Shown: in pieces, positions 33,060 to 46,212 of the stretch
How the letters are laid out: every line of letters begins with the position of its first letter
Position numbering within the stretch: position 1 is the first letter of the stretch
Assembly (NCBI GenBank): GCA_002269645.1
Contig: NIVC01000041.1
Coordinates: 248,001-312,000, forward strand
DNA: 64,000 nt
Direction: 5' to 3'
DNA from: Macrostomum lignano
Taxonomy: Eukaryota
Program-made: the position numbers and the translations under genes
The notes under the pieces: model-generated
What the model was told of the DNA's origin: nothing
What the model saw: only the letters and a program-made list of their open reading frames with translations
Databases searched by the model: none

Positions 33060-34250
33060 GATGGCATCCCTGAAGTAATTGATTTGAGAGTGGCATCCCT
33101 GAAGTAATTGATTTGAGAGTGGCATCCCTGAAGTAATTGATTTGAGAGTGGCATCCCTGAAGTAATTGATTTGAGAGCGGCATCCCTGAAGTAATTGATT
33201 TGAGAGTGGCATCCCTGAAGTAATTGATTTGAGAGTGGCATCCCTGAAGTAATTGATTTGAGAGTGGCATCCCTGAAGTAATTGATTTGAGAGTGGCATC
33301 CCTGAAGTAATTGATTTGAGAGTGGCATCCCTGAAGTAATTGATTTGAGGGTGGCATCCCTGAAGTAATTGATTTGAGAGTGGCATCCCTGAAGTAATTG
33401 ATTTGAGGGTGGCATCCCTGAAGTAATTGATTTGAGAGTGGCATCCCTGAAGTAATTGATTTGAGAGCGGCATCCCTGAAGTAATTGATTTGAGGGTAGT
33501 GGCTTCCCTTAAGTGATTGAGTGGAGGGTGGTGGCATCCCTGAAGAGCTTTGCTGAGGGCTAGTGACATCCCTGAAGAGCTTGGCTGAGGGATAGTGACA
33601 TCCCTGAAGAGCTTGGCTGAGGGCTAGTGGTGTCCCTGAGGAGCTTGACTGAGGGCTAGTGGCATCCCTGAAGAGCTTGGCTGAGGGCTAGTGACATCCC
33701 TGAAGAGCTTGGCTGAGGGCTAGTGACATCCCTGAAGAGCTTGGCTGAGGGCTAGTGGCGTCCCTGAAGAGCTTGGCTGAGGGCTAGTGGCGTCCCTGAA
33801 GAGCTTGACTGAGGGCTAGTGGCATCCCTGAAGAGCTTGGCTGAGGGCTAGTGACATCCCTGAAGAGCTTGGCTGAGGGCTAGTGACATCCCTGAAGAGC
33901 TTGGCTGAGGGCTAGTGGCGTCCCTGAAGAGCTTGGCTAAGGGCTAGTGGCGTCCCTGAAGAGCTTGACTGAGGGCTAGTGGCATCCCTGAAGAGCTTGG
34001 CTGAGGGCTAGTGGCGTCCCTGAAGAGCTTGGCTGAGGGCTAGTGGCGTCCCTGAAGAGCTTGACTGAGGGCTAGTGGCATCCCTGAAGAGCTTGACTGA
34101 GGGCTAGTGGCATCCCTGAAGAGCTTGGCTGAGGGCTAGTGGCGTCCCTGAAGAGCTTGGCTGAGGGCTAGTGGCGTCCCTGAAGAGCTTGGCTGAGGGC
34201 TAGTGGCATCCCTGAAGAGCTTGACTGAGGGCTAGTGGCATCCCTGAAGC
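33060..34250. repeat. Composite minisatellite: 29-bp unit (33060-33490) then 32-bp unit (33530-34250), sharing the core GTGGCATCCCTGAAG
   Basis: Direct reading; produces ORFs 32945..33569 (-). Confidence 0.95.
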
Positions 34251-34859
34251 ATTTCATGAGTTGTTAGTTTTCCGCATTAAAAACTAACGACTCCCAGTTT
34301 TTTATAGTGAATTTGTACACGCATGAGTCATGCTCCATATTTATTGAAACCTTATCCTTTATTAATGCATGTTCAGCAGATTGTGAAGCGCAGCTATCTG
34401 CTGTTTCTCTTAAAGATTAGCCGCCGGCTCTTTGCCGGTTTGGCTTCTTCAAGAGATCCGGGATTTTTGTGAGTTGCAAATTAGCCATTTTTGTTTGCCT
34501 TGACCAGTTAGATTTATGTACATGTCGCTCCTTATCTCTTCAGGATTAGATTGTAGAAGAAGAATTCGTGCGTCACTGTACGCTCCTACATTATTTAAGT
34601 CTAAAAGCTCCTTATTTAGTTTGGGTTGTACAGAGCCAAGAAAGATTCTGTCTGTATCCGTCTGGCTTTTAAACTCAATTTAAGAGTATGTTCTAAACGG
34701 GTGTATGATATGAGAGATTGCTATATAACTACTAATTACGAGCTAATCATACAGTAGAGTATTAATTCTGGTAAGTGCTAACATCTTTGACCATTTTTTT
34801 ATTTTTATAAGTGCCTTTTCTAGAAATATTCGGATAGGTGGAATGATGCTGTATACGAG

Positions 34860-35560
34860 TGAGATAGTGAGACTGTGAGACGGAGAGTGAGATAATTATA
34901 CGGAGAGTGAGATAGTGAGATTGAGAGTGAGATTAGTTGGATTGAGAGTGAGATAGACAGAGAGTGAGATAGTAAGACAGAGAGTGAGATAGTAAGACAG
35001 AGAGTGAGATAGTAAGACAGAGAGTGAGATAGTAAGACAGAGAGTGAGATAGTAAGACAGAGAGTGAGATAGTAAGACAGAGAGTGAGATAGTGAGACAG
35101 AGAGATAGAGAGTGAGATAGTGAGACGGAGAGGGAGATAGTGAGACGGAGATTGAGATAAATTGAGAGTGAGATAGTAAGGCAGAGAGTGAGATAGTGAG
35201 ACGGAGTGAGACAGAGACGGAGAGTGAGATAGATTGACAGTGAGATAATAAGACAGAGTGAGATAGTGAGACGGAGAGTGAGATAGTGAGACAGAGAGAT
35301 AGAGAGTGAGATAGTGAGACGGAGAGGGAGATAGTGAGACGGAGATTGAGATAAATTGAGAGTGAGATAGTAAGGCAGAGAGTGAGATAGTGAGACGGAG
35401 TGAGACAGAGACGGAGAGTGAGATAGATTGACAGTGAGATAATAAGACAGAGTGAGATAGTGAGACGGAGAGGGAGATAGTGAGATGGAGAGTGAGATAG
35501 TGAGACGGAGAGGGAGATAGTGAGACGGAGAGGGAGATAGTGAGACGGAGAGTGAGATAG
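34860..35560. repeat. GA-rich ~20-bp array (AGAGTGAGATAGTAAGACAG)
   Basis: Direct reading. Confidence 0.9.
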
Positions 35561-36039
35561 TGGGGTAGGATCAGGTACTGAGTGGGAGTTGGGATGCTGA
35601 GATAGTGAGGTTGGTAAATGGGGGTGAGATAATGAGATGGGGAGTGAGATATTGAAATGGGGTGAGACGTAAATGCAAAAATGGAATATCAGAATCTACT
35701 AATATTTGAAAGCTGTGAGCTGGAAAAGAGAACCGACTACTTTCTTCATATAATTTACGGGTATGGAATAATGCTCTTGCATGTGCGTTGCCTCCAAGTT
35801 TGCAAAACCGCCATTTAGCTATAGCTAAACAGCTCGAATCTCTGCACTCACGTTAGTTCTGGAGATAACAAAATTACAGACTTCACTGCCACTAATTTTC
35901 TGTCTATTTTGCGTACTTTCGAATTTGACTGCAAATTGGAACGTGCGTTGATAAGGGCCTGGCTCGGTTAAATTCTTCGGATTTTTAATACGGAGAGAAA
36001 TGGAGACAGAGAGGGGTGCAGGGGGAGTAAGAAAGATAC

Positions 36040-36640
36040 AGGGAGGGTAAGAGAGATGCAGGGCGAGTTAGGGAGACAGATGCAGGGAGAATAAGAGAGA
36101 TGCAGGGAGAGTAAGAGAGATGCAGGGAGAGATGCAGGGAGAGTAAGAGAGATGCAGGGAGAGTAAGAGAGATGCAGGGAGAGATGCAGGGAGAGTAAGG
36201 GAGATGCAGGGAGAGTAAGGGAGATGCAGGGAGAGTAAGGGAGATGCAGGGAGAGTAAGAGAGATGCAGGGAGAGTAAGGGAGATGCAGGGAGAGTAAGG
36301 GAGATGCAGGGAGAGTAAGGGAGATGCAGGGAGAGTAAGAGAGATGCAGGGAGAGTAAGGGAGATGCAGGGAGAGTAAGGGAGATGCAGGGAGAGTAAGA
36401 GAGATGCAGGGAGGGTAAGTAGATGCAGGGATCAGGTAAGAGAGATGCTGGGTGACAGATGCAGGAAGAGTAAGAGATTTAGACAGAGGAAAGGAGAGGA
36501 TGCAGGGAGACTAAGGGAGACAGATGCAGGGAGACTAAGGGAGACAGATGCAGGGAGAGTATGGGAGATTACAGGGAGAGTAAGATTTATAGAGAGGAAA
36601 GGAGAGGGTGCAGGGAGAGTATGGGAGATAGATGCTTTGT
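36040..36640. repeat. 20-bp purine-rich array (GAGATGCAGGGAGAGTAAGG) upstream of the TMC gene
   Basis: Period 20 at 36181 and 36201. Confidence 0.9.
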
Positions 36641-36863
36641 GAACAAGTTAGATAGAAGAAAAAATGGGGAGATATAGGGAGAAAAAGGTAGTGACATGTA
36701 GGGAGCGAAGGCGTACCTAGAGGACGCCAGTCTCTATGTATGTATGCGTGTGTGTAGTATCTTATCCGACCCAGATCGATGCAATCGTGTTCATTTTGTC
36801 ATTTTTCAGACGCCCCGTTTATCTGGCCGAGTCTTGTAAATCCTAGCTGTGCCAAACCTAACT

Positions 36864-38184
36864 ATGGAATTTTCGCCCGACGAGAACGAGGTCGTTGGTT
36901 CGAGTCCGCTCAACCAGCAGGACCAACTGGACGATTCGATAGTCTCAGCGCTGCCAGGCGAGTCAGACAGGAAATTCCTCAATTCGCTCAGCGTTCGCAA
37001 GAAACGACGCGACAGGCGCCGACTGCAGGAGCTGCTGGAGGCTGGCGAGGATGTCGACGATGTTGTCGATGATGCCGAGGCCGAAGCGAGCACGTCGGCA
37101 GCGCCGCTGCTGGTGTCGGCGGCCGAGGCCGCCTCGCCTGCGGAGCTGGAGGAGGGCGAGGCAGCTCAGCCGCCGCCGCCGCCGGCGGAGTTCGGCAGCG
37201 GAGACACGGTGGCCGCTCAGCAGACAGCCGCTGAGCTGGTGCAGGACCAGATCGACGCCCTGCCGTCTATGGTGGCGCATATGGAGGGCCGGCGGTCGGA
37301 GAGGTGCGCTGTGGGGATTGGGATCTTTGCGGTGTGGGATTCTTTAGCGTTAGATTGGTTGTTGGGGGGTTAGGTAGCTTGCAATTAGGGGGAGTTATGT
37401 TGATTTCTAACTATGGAAGATTTAGGTAGATTCCTAATTAAGGAGATTTAGGTAGGTTCCTAATTAGGGAGGTTTAGGTAAATTTCTAATTAGGAAGATT
37501 TAGGTAGATTCTTTTTAGAAACATTTAGGTTGATTCCTAATTAGGGGTAATTTTTGTAGATTCTAATTGGGTGATATTCAATCCTCCCCCCCATTGCGCA
37601 GGCAGAACCTGCAGTACCGGATGCGCACCATAGCCGTGAAGCTGCCAGCCAGGAAGCGAGCCAGGCAGTCCATTGAAAAGTTTCACACCAGCCTGTCGGA
37701 CGTATTCGCTAACGCATTCGACATGTTCACCCTGGGCCTGTACAGGTCGAGTTTCCGCTCTATTGAAGGCAAATTCGGGGCCGGATGCGCCTCGTATTTC
37801 TCATTCATTCGCTGGCTGTTCGTATTCAACCTGGCATTGTCCTGCATCGTGTTTGGCGGCTGCGTGTTCCCCTATTTGATTGTGCGCAACGATTTAAACT
37901 TTGAGGCCACAATGCCGGCGGAGATTCTACTGGACGATCCAGTCGCGGCCGCCACCCAGCCGGACATGCGGCTGGCCGTCCGGTGCTCCCGGCTGGTTCA
38001 TGACCGGGCTGCCAATCTCAGTCAGCAGACTGCCCTGGCTGCGGTGACCGATTTATTCACTGGCGGGGTGAGCTGAGGGAGATGTTGTTCTGTATGTGTT
38101 GCTTTTTTCTTAGAATCCGGCCCTCGGGTCCTTTGAAACTTCACAATAGCAGTCTGGCCCGCTCAGGGTTTTTGTCTCTCTTAG

Positions 38185-38219
<35 letters not shown>

Positions 38220-41200
38220 CTTCTCTCTCTGTCTTCTCTCTGGCAAATTTGTCTTTCTATGAAATGCAAAGTCTTTAACATTAGCCGTCTTATAGAAACT
38301 CATCTTTCTAAGACACCAGTTTATTTTGTAGAAAAACGTCTATCGACAACTTCAAAGACCAGTGTTTAGAGATGTAGCTTTCTTCTTCTCTTATACGATT
38401 TGGGTATTTCTAAGAAACGATTAATTATAATTAGGGACCAGTTTTCGAGAAACGATAATACTAAAGGCTCTTTTGTAATGAAAGTATATTTATTAATATG
38501 CGACTTGATAAACAACGTATAGCATGTGACAAAACTATGTTATAACAAGCTAAGATAGCATTAAATCAAATTAGTTAATTTATAGCACTAAACATGAAGT
38601 TCACAAGCATGTCATAAAATTAGTCGATAATAATTATTATTATTCAAGTATATTAGCGTATAAGTCAAACTGGGGGCTTGCTGGTTGCTGGGTGCTTTTG
38701 GCTTGCATTGCAATAATTACGAGTATTAATGAAACGATAATGCTTCCATGCAGGACACTGGACAGGCAGATAAAAACTCTCCCATGTTCCTCAGCTGATC
38801 CCCCTGTCCCATCGGTCACCCCCCTCAGCTGATGCCCCACACCTATCAGTCACCCCCCTCAGCTGATGCCCCACATCCATCGGTCACCCCCCTCAGTTGA
38901 TGCCCCACACCCATCGGTCAACCCCTCAGCTGATGCCCCAAACCCATCGGTCACCCCCTCAGCTGATGCCCCACACCCATCGGTCACCCCACTCAGCTGA
39001 TGCCCCACACCCATCGGTCACCCCCCTCAGCTGATGCCCCACAGGACAAGAGGATTCGGGGTCCACGGGGGTGAGAGGGGTAAGGGGTGAGGTTTTGGGA
39101 CGCTGCCATTGGACAAGAGGATACCGGATTCACCGTTTATTCTAGAATCAACATTCTAGAAGTGAAACCCGTACATCCCAAAGTACAGTCCCGTCCAGCC
39201 CACCGTGGACCGACCAGTGCTTTTTCTTAGTTTTCTTTTCTTTTTCCCTGCTATCTAGTCTGTTGTTAATGCCCTGCTCTTTGTTCTCTCCCCTCTCTTG
39301 ACAACAAAGGCTCCTGGAAGGGCTCTCATGTTGAACACGTTTGAACTATGGCATTGCGACTTAGAGTAAATTAAGCCGCATTAATCTATCTTACGAGCTA
39401 TCTTATCAACGCTCAACACACGCGCAGGGCTGGATGCTCACAGTGCCAATATTTCTGGGCTCATATTTCAACAAATCCGAGGCAGCGTTCGAGAATTCTA
39501 CTGATTTAGAATCAGTAGTATATAAAGGACATTTCAACACGCCCGTGGCCATGCTAATTATGCTAATCGGATTGATCGCCTGCGGTGTCGGCGCCGCTTT
39601 GAGCACTTCTAATTCGCTTTATCGAAAGATACTCAAGGTACCAAATCAGATTTGATTGTTTATATGACTTTTAGTAGCACTTTTGTAGCTTTAAGCTAGA
39701 TTGCTCATTCTTAGAATCTCGGTGCTCTGTGCCATTTTACTTCATCAGTGCCATTTTACCTCTTCATCAGTGCCATTCCCCCCATCAGTGCCATTTTACC
39801 GCCCCTATCAGTGCCATTCCCCCCCATTAGTGCCATTCCCTCCATCAGTGCCATTTTACCTCTTTATCAGTGCCATTCCCCCCCCCCATTAGTGCCATTC
39901 CCTCCATCAGTGCCATTTTACCTCTTTATCAGTGCCATTCCCCCCCATTAGTGCCATTCCCCCCATCAGTGCCATTTTACCTGCCCTATCAGGGGCATTT
40001 TACCTCTTCATCAATGCCATTTCCTCTATCAGTGCCATTTTGCCCCAGCCCCATCAGTGCCATTTTGCCCCAGCCCCATCAGTGCCATTTTGCCCCAGCC
40101 CCATCAGTGCCATTTTGCCCCAGCCCCATCAGTGCCATTTTGCCCCAGCCCCATCAGTGCCATTTTGCCCCAGCCCCATCAGTGCCATTGTAGCTTTATT
40201 AGTGCCATTGTACCCCCATCAGGCCATTTTACCTTTTCAGTGCCATTTACCCCCATCAGCGCCATTTGACTCCCTATCAGTGCCATTGTATCCTTTATCA
40301 GTGCCACTTTGCCCCATCAGTGCCAATTAAGGCCACCATCAGTGCCATTTAGGGCCACCATCAGTGCCATTTAGGACCACCATCAGTGCCATTTAGGGCC
40401 ACCATCAGTGCCATTTAGGACCACCATCAGTGCCATTTAGGGCCACCATCAGTGCCATTTAGGACCACCATCAGTGCCAATTAGGGCCACCATCAGTGCC
40501 ATTTAGGACCACCATCAGTGCCAATTAGGGCCACCATCAGTGCCAATTAGGGCCACCATCAGTGCCAATTAGGGCCACCATCAGTGCCATTTAGGGCCAC
40601 CATCAGTGCCATTTAGGACCACCATCAGTGCCATTTAGGACCACCATCAGTGCCATTTAGGACCACCATCAGTGCCAATTAGGGCCACCATCAGTGCCAA
40701 TTAGGGCCACCATCAGTGCCAATTAGGGCCACCATCAGTGCCATTTAGGGCCACCATCAGTGCCATTTAGGACCACCATCAGTGCCATTTAGGACCACCA
40801 TCAGTGCCATTTAGGACCACCATCAGTGCCATTTAGGACCACCATCAGTGCCATTTAGGACCACCATCAGTGCCATTTAGGACCACTATCATTGTTATTT
40901 TATCCCTTATCAGTGCTATTTTGCCCCCCATCAGTGCCATTTTGAGCGCCATCCCGCTGAGCAAAGCCACCCCTCTCGCGCAGGCATCCTCAAGCAGCGG
41001 CAGCTCCCGCAGCGCCTCGAAGCTGTCAGCCGAGCTGTTCACCGCCTGGGACTGCGGCCTGCGAGCGGAGAAGGCGGCCCGGCTCCGTCGAAGGACCATC
41101 GCGATGCGGCTGCACAGCGTCGTGCTGCATCTGCAGTTGAAAGCCCGCTCGAGATCGGCCGCTACTCTGGTTGCTAGGGCTCTGGCTAACCTAGCAACCG

Positions 41201-42932
41201 TGGGATTATTCTGCGCTGCCGCCTATTTGATCTACTTTGCCATCGAATCGCAGAGCCGGCTGAACAGATAGTGAGGGCTGGAATGGGGACATTGTTCGGG
41301 ATAAAAATCCCTAATTCTTCTTTGGGATAAATAGAATCCTACGAGATTATAAATTAATCCACTGAGTTAATGGGGTATTTTGGGGAATAAATCCAATAAA
41401 TGATGGGATAATTTGGGGAATAAATCCAATGAATGATGGGATGATTTGGGGAATAAATCATATGGGACGATGGGATAATTTGGGGAATAAATCATATGGG
41501 ACGATGGGATAATTTGGGGAATAAATCCTATGGGATGATGAGATAATTTGGGGAATAAATCATATGGGACGATAAGATAATTTGGGGAATAAATCATATG
41601 GGATGATGAGATAATTTGGGGAATAAATCATATGGGACGATGGGATAATTTGGGGAATAAATCATATGGGACAATGGGATAATTTGGGGAATAAATCATA
41701 TGGGACAATGGGATAATTTGGGGAATAAATCATATGGGACGATGGGATAATTTGGAAATAAATCCTATAAGATGATGGGATATTTGGGGAATAAATCATA
41801 TAGGACGATGGGATAATTTGGGGAATTAATCAAATGGGACGATGGGATAATTTGGGGAATAAATCATCATATGGGACGATGGGATAATTTGGGGAATAAA
41901 TCCTATAAGATGATGAGATAATTTGGGGAATAAATCATATGGGACGATGGGATAATTTGGGGAATAAATCATATGGGACAATGGGATAATTTGGGGAATA
42001 AATCATATGGGACAATGGGATAATTTGGGGAATAAATCATATGGGACGATGGGATAATTTGGAAATAAATCCTATAAGATGATGGGATATTTGGGGAATA
42101 AATCATATAGGACGATGGGATAATTTGGGGAATTAATCAAATGGGACGATGGGATAATTTGGGGAATAAATCATCATATGGGACGATGGGATAATTTGGG
42201 GAATAAATCCTATAAGATGATGAGATAATTTGGGGAATAAATCCTATGGGACGATGGGATAATTTGGAAATAAATCCTATGGGATGATGGGATAATTTGG
42301 AAATAAATCCTATGGAATGATAGAATAATTTTTGGAATAAATCCTGAGACGATAAGATAATTCTTCAACTCCCAACTCCAGCTTCTCCAACAGCCGCGAC
42401 CTCTCCGCTCCGCTCCGCCTTCTAATCGACCTGATGCCCCAGCTCACCATCAGCCTCATCAACGTAGCCGTGCCCCTAGTTCTGGGCAAGCTGATCATAT
42501 TCGAGTATTACTCGGCATCGGTTGAAATCCTCGTACAGCTGGGCCGGGTTGTCTTCCTCAAGCTGCTGTCGTTCGCCACGCTGATTATCACAACGGGCAG
42601 CGTGGTGCTGTCCTGCTCTGTTCAACAGCGGGACAGCTGCGGCAACTGCCCGGGCGTTGAGAGCCTCTGCTGGGAGACCTACGTTGGCCAGCAGATGTAC
42701 AGGACTCTGGTCATCGATGTGCTCATCTGCCTGCTGGTCACGCCCGCTCTGGATGCTCTGCGATGGGCGCTCAGCGTTAAAGTTGGCGGCCGGGTGTGCA
42801 GCAAGGTGCGGCCGTGTATACCTCTCACTCCACTTCTCTCCATCTCTCCATCTCTAACTCTATCCCTCTCCACCTATCACTTTACTGTCTCTGTAACTCT
42901 CACTACCCTCTCACTGTACCTGTACCTCTCTT

Positions 42933-42997
<65 letters not shown>

Positions 42998-45029
42998 ACC
43001 CTCTCCTTCTATACCTCTCACTCTACCCTTTCTCTACCTCTCACTTTACTTTCGCTCTACCTCTGTCCTCACTCCCTCTACATCTTATGTCTCTTTGCTT
43101 TGTGTCGCCGACTACTTTTCATTTTTCTTATATTCCTGTCATTTCCTTATCTAACCTTTCACACCGCAGGTGCCCCAGTCTGAGCTGCTAATCAGCAACG
43201 AAGTCCTGGGCCTGGTGTACCGCCAGTCTGTGTGCTTCATCGGGGCATTCTTCTGCCCTGTCATTCTGCCCATCGCCTGCCTGTCCTACGGCCTTCTGTT
43301 CCAGGTTAAACGGGTGAGGATTAAAGCTTTTCTGATGATGCGTGTTTCCAACCCGTAATATTGTCGACTCAGTGACTTTTTCGTCTGACGATGATTTACA
43401 ACTTATTCTTCTATGTTTGGGGTTTTTACTCTCCGATTCGGGAAATCTACCATTTGTGATTTTGATCCCCAAATTTGGAAATCTACCACTTGGGATTTTG
43501 ATCCCCAAATTTAGAAATCTACCATTTGGGAATTCGTTCCCCAAATTCGGGAAATCTGTACCATTTGGGATTTTGATCCCTAAATTGAGAAATCTCTACC
43601 ATTTGGGAATTCGTTCCCCAAATTCGGGAAATCTCTACCATTTGGGATTTTGATCCCTAAATTGAGAAATCTCTACCATTTGGGAATTCGTTCCCCAAAT
43701 TCGGGAAATCTCTACCATTTGGGATTTTGATCCCTAAATTGAGAAATCTCTACCATTTGGGAATTCGTTCCCCAAATTCGGGAAATCTCTACCATTTGTG
43801 ATTTTGATCCCCAAATTTGGAAATCTACCACTTGGGATTTTGATCCCCAAATTTGGAAATCTACCATTTGGGATTTTGATCCCCAAATTCGGGAAATCTC
43901 TACCATTTGGGAATTCGTTCCCCAAATTCGGGAAATCTCTACCATTTGGGATTTTGATCCCTAAATTGAGAAATCTCTACCATTTGGGAATTCGTTCCCC
44001 AAATTCGGGAAATCTCTACCATTTGGGATTTTGATCCCCAAATTGGAAATCTCTACCATTTGGGAATTTGTTCCCCAAATTCGGGAAATCTCTACCATTT
44101 GGGATTTTGATCCCCAAATTGGAAATCTCTACCACTGGAGATCTGATCCCCCCTGCAATCCGTTTTAAGACACTCTGAGCCTCATAATTGCGCCCAACCC
44201 GCAGTTCACACTCCGGTTTGTCCGGGTCAGCAACAAATCCTTCCGCGCTTCCCGACTCGAGCGCTTCTTCCTAGACGTCCTGCTGCTGTTCCTCTTTGTG
44301 CTACTGATGCCTCTGACCATCTGCGTACTGCACTTTCACCCGTCCAGAGGCTGCGGCCCTTTTCGGGTCCACCAGACCCCGTCAGACTACCACATGGCCA
44401 ATACCCTCACCAACTGGGTGATGTGGAGCAACTCGGACTTCGCCAAGCTGGTGTATACCTACACTGTGCTCAACCAAACCACTCATTTGCTCACCCTGCT
44501 GCTACTACTGTGAGTAGCTTGTTTATCAGTTTAATTTCATTTTTCTAATTTAATATCAACCACTCCCTGTCGAATATCTTGCAGGGTGTTCACCTATTTC
44601 TTTTATTCGGTGATCAAGGCCAGGGACACTTTGATTGCTTTTCTCGAACGGAAATTACAGAGTGTAAGTGCTACTGCTGATACTACTGCTGCTGTTACTA
44701 CTGCTATTACTACTACTACTACTACTTCCAATACTACCAATACTGCTACTAATACTACTGCCACAGCTACTATTAATAATAATATTACTGCTACTACTAC
44801 TAACTGCTATTACTGCTACTACTACTAACAATACTTCTACTAATAATAGTACTACAGCTACTAATAATAATAATAATATTACTGCTACTACTAATAACGT
44901 AATACTACTACTCTTACACACAAATAGCCGCCATTTGAACCCCAGTTGCATTTTACTAAACTGCAGGAGTCGAGAATCAAGCTGGAACTCGCTAACCGAG
45001 AGCTGCAGCTGCAGAAGATGGGGCACTGA
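36864..45029 (+). CDS. Transmembrane channel-like (TMC family, TMC4-8-like) protein, 9 exons, 805 aa
   Basis: Exons 36864-37303, 37602-38067, 39428-39637, 40984-41270, 42382-42805, 43170-43313, 44205-44509, 44585-44663, 44967-45029 sum to 2418 nt. Motifs IEGKFGAGCASYFSFIRWLFVFN, ELFTAWD, CWETYVGQQMYR, NEVLGLVYRQ...GAFFCP, PSRGCGPF. Confidence 0.92.
38785..39045. repeat. 33-34-bp minisatellite (CAGCTGATGCCCCACACCCATCGGTCACCCCCCT), TMC intron 2
   Basis: Direct reading. Confidence 0.9.
39735..40935. repeat. Array with constant core CATCAGTGCCATT and changing spacers (17-25-bp units), TMC intron 3
   Basis: Direct reading; homogeneous 25-bp block at ~40040-40190 and 22-bp block at 40330-40880. 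Confidence 0.93.
41370..42350. repeat. 34-bp minisatellite (TGGGATAATTTGGGGAATAAATCATATGGGACGA), TMC intron 4
   Basis: Period 34 at 41461 and 41495. Confidence 0.93.
43440..44140. repeat. Alternating ~38-bp hairpin-containing units (about 77-bp higher-order repeat), TMC intron 6
   Basis: GGGAATTCGTTCCCCAAATTCGGGAAATCTCTACCATTT alternates with GGGATTTTGATCCCTAAATTGAGAAATCTCTACCATTT. Confidence 0.92.
44670..44910. repeat. (ACT/CTA/AAT)n low-complexity trinucleotide tract, TMC intron 8
   Basis: Direct reading; explains the poly-L and poly-T ORFs. Confidence 0.9.
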
Positions 45030-46212
45030 GATTGTTTCGGCGTTTCTTTTGTGCGATCAACGATTCCTATTCAATGAAGTATTCTGTAATTGCTAAAAAC
45101 ACAATTAAATTAACCAACCTGCTAGTCATCGCTTATTATAATCATTATTATTCATAATTTTACTCCATCCAAAGCATGATAAATTAACTAATAGTTTACA
45201 TTTTATCTAAGCAGATATATATGAGACGATTTATATAATTGATTCTCTCTGGGATGGAGTATTTTTTGTGTAAAGAAATTTTCCTGTATTCAAACACAGT
45301 GCTATTAGTGCTCTTACTGACTCGTTTTGCCTTGCTATTGTTTTATTACCGTTTTTATATATAAATAAATATACTGGAAATATTCTAACAAAATCTGCTA
45401 GCCAATTGCCACTTAATGCTCGCTATGAACATATACTGCTTTTTAACCAATCATGTTGCCGCAGCATTCGCTGTATTCTTTGTTTTTCTCGTACTTACTA
45501 CTGGCAAATGAAACACGAATTGAACAGAAACCAAATTTTTTGCTTTTAGTAGACAAAATATTTAAAATTTCGCCGAGCACCTGTAACGGTCGAGCAGAGC
45601 CGTATTTTTAATTAGATAATATTTTTAATATGATGAATTCAACTATTAGTAGACGCGCACATTTTTACACACTACTACAAGTAGTTTGGTCGGGTTATGT
45701 TAAGAATTTAGTGGAGCAAAAAGCCATTGGTTGAACAATAGACACAGCGCAGCACAATAATGATATGATACAACATAGGCTCCGCCTATTCCGGTAGACA
45801 CAGCCCGTACCGATTTGATAAAAACAGGACTGAAGAGCGAAACGTCACGGCACAATGCTCATTAAATGTTACTTATATGTTACTTACAGTAGAGCTGTTT
45901 AGCATGTGACCCTATAAATTCAAATAATAACAATAATAATAGAATAAATAAATAAGTACACAATGAACTTCCGTGTATATCGAAATCTCAGGGAGGGAAG
46001 GGGTAAATTAAGGAAACACAAGCGCGCAAATGCGATGGTTAGCCACAGTCTTGTCGGTTAGGAATTGTTATAAAAGTAGAGCGAGGACGCGCGCACACCA
46101 TTTCTTAGAAATACACTGCTATGATAGGAGCTTTTCTGAGAAACGAATGGTACCGTCTTACATAACTTGTCCATGCTGATGTCATCTCAATCATCTATAA
46201 ATAAGCTTGCAA

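Noticed and set aside
36779-37347. Overlapping antisense or alternative-frame ORFs over GC-rich exons (also 15464, 18678, 22895, 31768, 57086, 58158)
   Set aside because: Shadow ORFs expected from high GC3; the true frames are explained by the recognised proteins.
39735-40935. CRISPR-like repeat-spacer array
   Set aside because: Eukaryotic intron; spacers are 4-12 nt and related to each other; no cas genes.
12860-44034. Many repetitive ORFs (12860, 18242, 19909, 21969, 32945-33569, 39748-40330, 43342-44034)
   Set aside because: All coincide with minisatellites; no coding signal.
44586-45096. Poly-Leu, poly-Thr and poly-Ser ORFs suggesting signal-peptide or mucin proteins
   Set aside because: They are translations of the (ACT)n tract in TMC intron 8.
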